A stretch of DNA of 64,000 bases, taken from contig JAFZYE010000004.1 of NCBI GenBank assembly GCA_017616445.1, forward strand, positions 28,841-92,840. Reading direction: 5' to 3'. Of this stretch, positions 10,992-18,447 are shown piece by piece (within the stretch, counting starts at the first letter, position 1; each line of letters begins with the position of its first letter). The notes beneath the pieces are model-generated. The model searched no databases and was not told the DNA's origin. It saw only the letters and a list, made by a program, of their open reading frames with translations. The DNA comes from Bacteroidaceae bacterium (GTDB lineage Bacteria; Bacteroidota; Bacteroidia; Bacteroidales; Bacteroidaceae). The position numbers and the translations under genes are program-made.

Positions 10992-13900
10992 TTAAAAGGT
11001 GTACCTGACGCCGAAGGATGCATACCAGCACTGGTCGATGTGGTGGTAAGGAATCCAAAGCTGGGTTGATCCGTTGATGGCAGCAGGTGTGGAGAAGGTG
11101 GCATATCCGTCTGCATCCTTGCCTTCGTATTTCAGTACGCGAGCGAAATAGTCTGTTCCGCTGATTTCCGGATTGACATATTTGTGTACGCCCCAGCTGG
11201 AGTCGAAGAAATTGAGCACATTCTTCACGTCAAAACAGAGTTGCAGCATGTGGTGCTGCTTTGCTACACGGAACTTGAAGTCGTGCTTGTAGCCGAAGTC
11301 GAGAGTATGTACCCAAGGTGCGTGCATGCCGAATGCTTCTGCATATTCTCCCTGATGGTTTTTAAAGTAATCGTTGTTGTGGACGAAGTCCATGAAACGC
11401 TGTTGGTCGTCTGCTGTCTTGAATCGGAATTCCCTGTCAGCCACCTCTTTGTCTGTTGGGATATAGATGAGGTCATACTTGTACCCATCGCCGTTCATAT
11501 CGTTCGTCAAACCTGCGGAGTAGTTGTATCCGGAACCTCCATTAGAGGCTTCGTAGATAAGGTTGTAGTGATTGCCCGACCTGTCGTGAATGCTTGCTGA
11601 TACGAGGAAGCGGTCTGGAGTCAGATAGGCTGAGTTGTGCAGCTGTGGGTAGTTCGGGCCATCGACTGTAGGGATGCTGCTGTATGCTGACGAAGCATCA
11701 TTGCCAGGCATTCCTGACACTTCTTTCGTGATGGTGTGGGTATATGCCGCCAGGAGGCTCAACCAGTCAAATGGTTTGGCATCCAGTGTGATGTTGATGG
11801 TCCATCCGTGTCCTTTGCTGGTGTTGCTGAGTACGAAGGCGTTAGGGGTTGGTGTCTCAACACCGTTCGCATTGGTGTAGCTCTGTTGGTAGTTCTGATA
11901 GATAGGACGGCTGTCCGCACCTTTGAAGCGGTCGAATTCTGCGACGTTCTTGATGCTCCAGTCTTTGATGCAAACGTCGTTGAGCATCTTGTTGAAGATA
12001 CCCTCCACAGTTACCGTGAATGGGAAGGATACAGGAATCTTGTAATCGACGGCAATCGAGGTCTTCCATATCTGTGGCATCTTGAACTTCGCGTCCACAC
12101 CTGAGATGGTCGAGCCTATCGTTCCTTCTTCCGGCGAGATGGTAGCAGGACCCAGTACAGTCTGGGTTTGAGGATCTGTGTACAGATTTCCCTGAACATC
12201 GTGGGTTGAGATATAGTCGTAGAGCTCCTTGCTGTTCATGATTTTGCCGCTGAACTGATCCATATTGGCTTGCGTCGCTTTGTTGCCTGTCGCGTTCCAC
12301 ACTCCTCTGAACTGGAGCATGTTTGAGTTGTTTGGCATGTTGGTGAGGAACACAAGCGGCAGACGTCCAGCGAACAAGCCTGTACCTCCACGCACCTTCA
12401 GCGTCTTGTCGCCATATACATCGTACGAGAATCCAAGTCGTGGTGACAGCACGAGGTTGTTTGACGGCCATTTGCCTGTGTCGAGGTGTTTGCCGTTATA
12501 GTTGATGGCCAGAATGGCGTTGTTGGTCATCAGGTCCTTGTTGTTGAAGAGGAATCCGTCGATACGGGTACCGAAGGTGATTTTCCACTTGTCGTCAATG
12601 TTCCATTCGTCCTGTGCATAGAAGCCCAGTTTGTTGTACTGAATGCGAGCAGCTGGATTCATGTTGCCTCCGTATCCGTAGGTCAACGCTACGATTTCAG
12701 GTGTTCCGCTGTTCAGGAAGTCATCCAGGCTACGATAGCGGTAATAGCCCGTTCCGTTACGTTGGTAAGCATTGTCGGCCATCTGGTACTCAAAGTAGAG
12801 ACCACCCATGATTTTATGCTTGCCGAGGTAGTAGGTCATGTCGTCCTTGATCGACCACACCTTATTATGTACACCCGAGTTCCACGAAAACAGCTCGTGT
12901 CCCAGCGAGATGTAGTTGTCGCCATTTCCGTCGAGGATATCGATGAACGGGAAGTTGCTCGATTCCGATCCACGCATATCGTCCATCTTGGAGTAGGTAA
13001 TCAGCAACTGGTTGAACAGGTCATCCGTCAGTCGGCTGTTCAGGTCAATCGAGAACGAATGTACGATGTTGTCCTGGGAGTAAACAGAATTGGCGAATCC
13101 CATTGCATAGTCAGAGAAACGGGCATGGGCACCACGAGCGCCTCCGTCCATCGACATGTCGTTGGTTTTCTTCCATATCTGGTTCTTCGTGTAGTTGTAG
13201 CGGACAGCCAGTTTGTGCTTGTCTGTGATGTTCCAGTCGGCACGTATCAGCAACTTGTAGTTGTCGTTGTCAGCTGGGAAATGGGTGAACGAACCTGTGT
13301 CGTAGCCATATTGCTGGCGTACAAAGTCCGATACCTTTTGCATGTCAGCAACTGTGGTGCGCGACTGGTAGCTCGTTGCGTCAGCCACACCGTCCTCTGA
13401 GGCTCTCCAGCGGTTGACGACAGTTGGCGAGATAATCATCTCTGCATTGGCAAAGAAGTACAGCTTGTTCTTGAGGATAGGGCCTCCGAAAGTGAATCCG
13501 TATGTGGTCTCCTGGTCTTTGGTGCGCACACCAGTGAGCTGTTCCCTGTCGATTGCGTCGCCTCGCATGTTCTCGTTTCTGTGATAGACATAAGCGCTAC
13601 CCTTGAACGTGTTCGTGCCCGACTTCGTGATGGCGTTGACGCTACCTCCGATGAAGTTCGTCTGGCGCACGTCGTATGGTGCAATCACCACCTGCAACTC
13701 TTCGATGGCATCCATGGAAATTGGGTTTCCGCCACCAGGCAGGTTGTCTGTCAATCCGAAGTTGTTGTTGAAGTTGGCGCCGTCCACCGTATAGTTTCCC
13801 ATGCGCCCGTCACGTCCTGCGAGGCTCATACCGTTTCCTCCGTATGGCGACAGACGGATAAGGTCTGTGATATGGCGGCTCACCGTTGGTATGTTCGTCA

Positions 13901-14324
13901 TCTGCTCAGACGAGATGTTGGTAGATGTACCCATCTTTTCGTTCGAGAACTTCGAAGCCGACCCTGTAATCACCACGTCAGTCAGTTGGTTCGAGGTTTC
14001 CGACATGTCCTCGTTCAGGTTGTAGGTCTCACCCAGTACGAGGGTGACGTTCTTCACCGTCTTGGTCTCATAGCCGATATAGGAGATGGTGACCTCGTAC
14101 GGACCGCCTGGACGCATACCTTGTATGCTGTAGCGACCGTTGATGTTGGTCACAGCTACATACTTTGTGCCTGATGGCGTATGAACTGCCTGAATATGGG
14201 CGCCGATGATTTCTTCATTGTCGCCTGTGACCTTGCCCGACATGCCAGATGTGGTTACCTGTGCCATTGCTGCGGATGCTGCAACTGTCAGCATCGCAAT
14301 GATAGAACACACTTTTTTCAACAT
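10992..14324 (-). CDS. TonB-dependent receptor with N-terminal CarboxypepD_reg-like domain (no SusD partner)
   Basis: 1110 aa with a signal peptide, a CarboxypepD_reg-like segment (GRYSIQGMRPGGPYEVTISYIGYE), a plug, and a C-terminal aromatic end ...GVRYTF. Confidence 0.85.
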   Translation of the reverse strand: MLKKVCSIIAMLTVAASAAMAQVTTSGMSGKVTGDNEEIIGAHIQAVHTPSGTKYVAVTNINGRYSIQGMRPGGPYEVTISYIGYETKTVKNVTLVLGETYNLNEDMSETSNQLTDVVITGSASKFSNEKMGTSTNISSEQMTNIPTVSRHITDLIRLSPYGGNGMSLAGRDGRMGNYTVDGANFNNNFGLTDNLPGGGNPISMDAIEELQVVIAPYDVRQTNFIGGSVNAITKSGTNTFKGSAYVYHRNENMRGDAIDREQLTGVRTKDQETTYGFTFGGPILKNKLYFFANAEMIISPTVVNRWRASEDGVADATSYQSRTTVADMQKVSDFVRQQYGYDTGSFTHFPADNDNYKLLIRADWNITDKHKLAVRYNYTKNQIWKKTNDMSMDGGARGAHARFSDYAMGFANSVYSQDNIVHSFSIDLNSRLTDDLFNQLLITYSKMDDMRGSESSNFPFIDILDGNGDNYISLGHELFSWNSGVHNKVWSIKDDMTYYLGKHKIMGGLYFEYQMADNAYQRNGTGYYRYRSLDDFLNSGTPEIVALTYGYGGNMNPAARIQYNKLGFYAQDEWNIDDKWKITFGTRIDGFLFNNKDLMTNNAILAINYNGKHLDTGKWPSNNLVLSPRLGFSYDVYGDKTLKVRGGTGLFAGRLPLVFLTNMPNNSNMLQFRGVWNATGNKATQANMDQFSGKIMNSKELYDYISTHDVQGNLYTDPQTQTVLGPATISPEEGTIGSTISGVDAKFKMPQIWKTSIAVDYKIPVSFPFTVTVEGIFNKMLNDVCIKDWSIKNVAEFDRFKGADSRPIYQNYQQSYTNANGVETPTPNAFVLSNTSKGHGWTINITLDAKPFDWLSLLAAYTHTITKEVSGMPGNDASSAYSSIPTVDGPNYPQLHNSAYLTPDRFLVSASIHDRSGNHYNLIYEASNGGSGYNYSAGLTNDMNGDGYKYDLIYIPTDKEVADREFRFKTADDQQRFMDFVHNNDYFKNHQGEYAEAFGMHAPWVHTLDFGYKHDFKFRVAKQHHMLQLCFDVKNVLNFFDSSWGVHKYVNPEISGTDYFARVLKYEGKDADGYATFSTPAAINGSTQLWIPYHHIDQCWYASFGVRYTF

Positions 14325-14366
14325 AGCTTGACTACTTTGTGGTTGTTAACAACTTTTTTATTGCCG

Positions 14367-14374
14367 CAAAGTTA
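14367..14374 (-). promoter_or_regulatory. -7 box (TAACTTTG) for the TonB receptor
   Basis: Exact TAnnTTTG match 43 nt upstream of the ATG. Confidence 0.55.
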
Positions 14375-14596
14375 TGAAAACTATACGACACCACCAAACT
14401 TTTTCCTGTTTTTGTTCGTAAACATACAGAATTTCCGCATGTGCATGATGATTCTTCATCATGAGGCATGTAAATTGTGCGTTTGTTCACTTTCGCAAGT
14501 TCAAGTTGAAGGAGTTAAAGACCTGTGGCCTCGAAGTCACGATAGATTTTTTGTTCTGCCCCGTCCTTTTTGTTCTAAACCCATGCAGATTTTTCT

Positions 14597-14690
14597 GTTC
14601 GTGGGCGGCGAACCAGTGTTCGTCGCCCACGAACCAGTGTTCGTCGCCCACGAATCAGTGTTCGTCGCCCACGAACAACTTTTTTCTCCC
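14597..14690 (+). repeat. 4 x 21-bp tandem hairpin units ending in a T-run
   Basis: GTTCGTGGGCGGCGAACCAGT / GTTCGTCGCCCACGAACCAGT / GTTCGTCGCCCACGAATCAGT / GTTCGTCGCCCACGAAC followed by AACTTTTTT. Each unit is a GTTCGT...ACGAAC hairpin, and the first unit has its loop inverted. Confidence 0.8.
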
Positions 14691-14993
14691 TGTTTAAATA
14701 CATTTTTCTCTTGGGGTGACAAAAAAAATAAGCAGACCCACCCCTGACCCCTCCCTGTATGGAGGGGAGTATTTACCAACAGATGTTTAGGACCACTGGT
14801 AAAAGTCTGTGTTTAGTATTTTATTATAATTGTCATTCAACTATCCATCGTCAGCTTGTTCATCTGCGTAGCGAAATGAAAAAAGTATGTATTTTGATAC
14901 CTATAAATGACAATTTTGGCGTTTTGATGGCCTGTTTTGCCAAATTTTACAGTTTTTGTTACATATTTTATATTATTTATAATAATAACGCTG

Positions 14994-15001
14994 TATCTTT
15001 G
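14994..15001 (+). promoter_or_regulatory. -7 box (TATCTTTG) for the 15108 gene
   Basis: Exact TAnnTTTG match about 105 nt upstream of the ATG. Confidence 0.5.
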
Positions 15002-15107
15002 CAGGCGAAAATAAATTCGAAGACCAGGAACCAAAACCAGTTGTAGAAAACGTAAAAATAAAATATGTGTTATTAAACCTAATTATTAATTTCAAATTTC
15101 AAATCGT

Positions 15108-16526
15108 ATGAAGAAATTTTTTACTTTAATTGCTGTTGCACTCGTAGCTGTTAGCGCAAGTGCACAGGATTACAAAGACCTTGGTGAGCAGATTACCAAT
15201 GGTAAAATTGCATGGAACAACCTATGTAAAGATGGTGATTTCTCTAAGTACCCAGCATCAAAGTTGACCTGTTTCGTAACCGGTGATTGGGCTACAGGTG
15301 AAAGGGTAGAAGGAACAGCAAGAGTAGTAGTTGATCCAGATGATAAAGATGCTTTTGACCAGGCAGTAGCCGATGAGTCTGGATTTGCAACTCTTAACTA
15401 TTGTCTCGAAGTTGTTACTCGTGATGCTCCACAAGCAAAAGATGACGACGGAAATCTTAAATTCGAGGAAGATGGAGTTACTCCTGTTTACGAGAGCCTT
15501 TCTGCTTGGGATGCTCGTTTGTTTGTAGTTCTTCCAATCGAACTGAAAGAAGGTGATAAGGTGACATACTCAATGGATGTTAAGGCTGAAAACCCAGTTA
15601 ATGGAATTGGTGCTCAGGCTCATACTGCTCCAAATGCTTATAAGGATTGGCGTATTATAAACGGTGTCAACTTTACTACATCTTGGGAAACTTTCTCAAC
15701 GAGCTTTACTGTTTCTGCTGCTCAAGAAGGAACAACTACATTTGCATTCGACCTTGGTGGTGGCGCAAATAAGCTCTATTTCGATAATATTTCTGTAAAG
15801 GTAGAGCAGTTGATAGTTTCTACAGAGGATGCTGAAAAACCAGCTGAACCAACAGGTTACGTAATCTATGAGAACCGTGCTACTGATCTCTCTACTCTTT
15901 CTGTTAAGTACTTCAAGAACTACACAGACGCAGCTCAGATTAAGGATGGCAATATCGTAGTAACTAGCCTTGACGCAGACGTATCTTATGCTGATAAGTA
16001 TACTGATGGAACAGCAGGTAGCGAAGTTAAATTGACAAACAACTGGGATACTCAGTTCTTGATTACATTGCCATACGAATTCCAGGGTGGTGATAAGTTC
16101 CACTTGTACTTCGGTTATAAGGCAGACGAGACTGCAAATGCTGAAACTCAGTGTCACTATGCTGCTCCAGCTCCTGGTGCAATTGAGGGCGTAGATGGTT
16201 ATGCAGGCTCATATATTTATTATTCACTTGCAGGAAGTGTTAAGTTCACTCCGTATTGGAACTGGTTCGATGCAGACGTTACAGTTCCTAATGATGGTGC
16301 AGGAATGCAGGCAATCTGCTTCAACCTGAATGTATTGAAGAAGTCAATCAACTACTACTTCAAGGATATCATTGTAACAGTTGATGAGAATGACGTACCA
16401 ACATTTATCACTGAGGCTAAGGCTAAGAAGGCTTCTAAGTCTATCTTCAACGCAGCTGGTCAGCAGATGAAGTCTCTCCAGAAGGGTCTCAACATCGTTG
16501 ATGGTCAGAAGGTTTACGTTAAGTAA
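15108..16526 (+). CDS. secreted protein with two CBM-like repeats and a T9SS-type C-terminal sorting tail
   Basis: Signal peptide. There are two internally similar halves ending LYFDNISVKV and YYFKDIIVTV. The C-terminus IFNAAGQQMKSLQKGLNIVDGQKVYVK resembles Por/T9SS CTDs. GC content is lower than in neighbouring genes. Confidence 0.6.
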   Translation: MKKFFTLIAVALVAVSASAQDYKDLGEQITNGKIAWNNLCKDGDFSKYPASKLTCFVTGDWATGERVEGTARVVVDPDDKDAFDQAVADESGFATLNYCLEVVTRDAPQAKDDDGNLKFEEDGVTPVYESLSAWDARLFVVLPIELKEGDKVTYSMDVKAENPVNGIGAQAHTAPNAYKDWRIINGVNFTTSWETFSTSFTVSAAQEGTTTFAFDLGGGANKLYFDNISVKVEQLIVSTEDAEKPAEPTGYVIYENRATDLSTLSVKYFKNYTDAAQIKDGNIVVTSLDADVSYADKYTDGTAGSEVKLTNNWDTQFLITLPYEFQGGDKFHLYFGYKADETANAETQCHYAAPAPGAIEGVDGYAGSYIYYSLAGSVKFTPYWNWFDADVTVPNDGAGMQAICFNLNVLKKSINYYFKDIIVTVDENDVPTFITEAKAKKASKSIFNAAGQQMKSLQKGLNIVDGQKVYVK

Positions 16527-16559
16527 TTAGCCCCAGCCCTTTAAGGGAAATATAATAAG

Positions 16560-16589
16560 AGCGCATGGCGAAAGCCGTGCGCTTTTTTA
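16560..16589 (+). terminator. intrinsic terminator of the 15108 gene
   Basis: AGCGCATGGCGAAAGCCGTGCGCT followed by TTTTTT. Confidence 0.8.
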
Positions 16590-16595
16590 GTTAAG

Positions 16596-16946
16596 ACAAA
16601 AACAAGAAAAACAGCTTTTTCAGATGTTGGGACTTTCGTCCTTGATGCCAATCTGATATGATTCCTTTTGTGAACGTGTTCCCAAAGGAATCCTCTCATC
16701 TCGCCATCCATCCTACGGATGTCAACATCTTCAAAAGTAACAAACAATAAAAACAAAGTCAACATGCCGCATGGTGTTTTTGAGCGGAGCGACTGTTTTT
16801 TTACTTAGGCAAGGGTGTGTCCTGCAAGGATGCAGATGAGGATGGAAGGCTGAGATAGGAGTTTACTCATAATCTCAGGATTACAGCCTCAAATGCAAAA
16901 GCTCGTAGAGCTACAATCTTGACTAAGCTGTTTTTACTGTTTTTGT
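16596..16946 (+). repeat. copy A of a ~350-bp TIR-bounded structured element (MITE-like or structured RNA)
   Basis: The termini ACAAAAACAAGAAAAACAGCTT and AAGCTGTTTTTACTGTTTTTGT form an inverted repeat of 22 nt with 2 mismatches. The 3' ~230 bp is about 90% identical to copy B. Confidence 0.7.
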
Positions 16947-16973
16947 TATAATTTTCAACAGAATTTGCACTTA

Positions 16974-17003
16974 ATTATGCATTATGCATTATGCATTATG
17001 CAT
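16974..17003. repeat. (ATTATGC)x4 array containing ATGCAT palindromes, abutting a -7 box
   Basis: attatgcattatgcattatgcattatgcat ends 8 nt before TATCTTTG. Confidence 0.85.
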
Positions 17004-17010
17004 TTTTTTA

Positions 17011-17018
17011 TATCTTTG
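17011..17018 (+). promoter_or_regulatory. -7 box (TATCTTTG) for the SH3 lipoprotein gene
   Basis: Exact match, preceded by the ATTATGC array. Confidence 0.55.
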
Positions 17019-17054
17019 CAAAGTGAAGTTTCACCTTATTATATATAGAAAGAA

Positions 17055-17678
17055 ATGAAAAGAATCAGAATGGCAGTCGTAGGAGCGGGCCTCGCTGGGT
17101 TAGCCCTTTGCCTCAATGGCTGCAACAACCAAACGAACGGTGCTGCGCAAGAGAACGACAGCACAGCTACACTCATAGAAGAGTCGGAAGAGACAAGCCC
17201 CAAACTGACAGTTGCTGACCTCAACACAGACGAAAGCAACATCTTCACAGTCGTGTATGCGACCTCAGACGATGGATTCGTAAATGTGCGTGAGAGTCCA
17301 TCAGCCAAAGCCGCCATCATCGATACCCTGTGGATGATGTTTCATGGATTGGGAAATGGTGTGTTGGTTGAGGAACAGGTAGGTTGGTCAAAGGTAAGTG
17401 TGCGTGACCATGTGGGATGGGTCAACAACCATTTTATCGGCTCCCAGTGCTGGTACTATGGTGAGGGCGACTCCATCCTCGTAGCAGCCAAGGCCCCAAC
17501 TCCTATCTATGGCGAGAACTATGCTGATGAGGGCGACTATCCACTCTTCACGACAGTCAAGAAAGGTACAATCCTGGCTGATGACTTCATCATCCACGAA
17601 GGTTACTATAACCTCCTCACCGGGCATGACTACCTCTTCATCAAACTCGATGATGCTGTAATCGTAGAAAGAAAGTGA
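17055..17678 (+). CDS. lipoprotein with bacterial SH3-like domain
   Basis: Lipobox LALCLNGC and an SH3b-like stretch GFVNVRESPSAKAAIIDTL...GWSKVSVRDHVGWV. Confidence 0.65.
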   Translation: MKRIRMAVVGAGLAGLALCLNGCNNQTNGAAQENDSTATLIEESEETSPKLTVADLNTDESNIFTVVYATSDDGFVNVRESPSAKAAIIDTLWMMFHGLGNGVLVEEQVGWSKVSVRDHVGWVNNHFIGSQCWYYGEGDSILVAAKAPTPIYGENYADEGDYPLFTTVKKGTILADDFIIHEGYYNLLTGHDYLFIKLDDAVIVERK

Positions 17679-17698
17679 ACTAAATTAATTGTTTTAAA

Positions 17699-18047
17699 AC
17701 AAAAACAACAAAAACAGCTTTTTTAGATGTTGGGCTTACGCCCTTGATGTTGTGTCTGCATGTTTTTGCTTGTGAGTAAACTCCCAGCTAAAACCCTGCA
17801 TCCACTCCATCCATCCTACGGATGACAACATCTTCAAAAGTAAAAAACAAGAAAAACAATGTTAACATGCCGCATGGTGTTTTTGAGCGAAGCGACTGTT
17901 TTTTACTTAGTCAAGGGTGTATCCCATAGGGTTGTAGATGAGGATGGAAGGCTGAGATAGGAGCTCGCTCATAAGCTCAGGATTACAGCCTCATCTAAAA
18001 AGCTCGTAGAGCTACAATCTTGACTAAGCTGTTTTTACTGTTTTTGT
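17699..18047 (+). repeat. copy B of the same ~350-bp TIR-bounded element
   Basis: Same termini and same orientation, 1103 bp downstream of copy A. It ends 16 nt before the ridA ATG. Confidence 0.7.
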
Positions 18048-18062
18048 TATAAAAAATAAGAT

Positions 18063-18440
18063 ATGAAAGCAATCAGTACAACCAAGGCTCCTGGGGCAAT
18101 AGGCCCTTACAGCCAAGCAATCAAGGCAGGCGATTTCGTCTATACATCAGGACAGTTGCCTATCAATCCTTCAACAGGTGCATTCCCAGAAGGAGGCATC
18201 AAGGAACAGACACGTCAGGCGCTACAGAACGTAAAGGCGATTCTGGAAGAGGCTGGTGTGACCATGAACCAAGTGGTGAAGACCACCGTTTTCCTTGCTG
18301 ATATGAACGACTTTGCTGATATGAACAGCATCTATGCCGAGTTCTTCAGCGAACCCTATCCAGCACGTTCGGCAGTAGCCGTGAAGACGCTCCCCAAAGG
18401 AGCAATGGTGGAGATTGAAGTCATCGCATCAGTAGCGTAA
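18063..18440 (+). CDS. ridA: RidA/YjgF family reactive-intermediate deaminase
   Basis: 125 aa: APGAIGPYSQAIKAGDFVYTSGQLP...PARSAVAVKTLPKGAMVEIE. Confidence 0.9.
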   Translation: MKAISTTKAPGAIGPYSQAIKAGDFVYTSGQLPINPSTGAFPEGGIKEQTRQALQNVKAILEEAGVTMNQVVKTTVFLADMNDFADMNSIYAEFFSEPYPARSAVAVKTLPKGAMVEIEVIASVA

Positions 18441-18447
18441 GGCACTT

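Noticed and set aside
12486-13400. A 304-aa plus-strand ORF, along with 11184-11600, 11736-12104, 11857-12471 and 13581-14174, inside the TonB receptor gene.
   Set aside because: These are shadow ORFs: most are antisense to a well-supported 1110-aa receptor CDS, and 11857-12471 is an out-of-frame same-strand ORF. They have odd composition (V/H/R-rich), no motifs and no independent promoter.
14181-14779. A 188-aa (+) ORF and an 80-aa (-) ORF across the TonB-receptor upstream region.
   Set aside because: They run through the promoter, the 21-bp hairpin array (producing repeated EPVFVAH / SWATNTG) and C-rich hairpins. They have no start context or motifs.
16541-16765. A 74-aa minus-strand ORF inside repeat element A, considered as a possible small protein.
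   Set aside because: The equivalent frame in copy B stops after 26 codons. The differences between copies are not biased toward synonymous changes.
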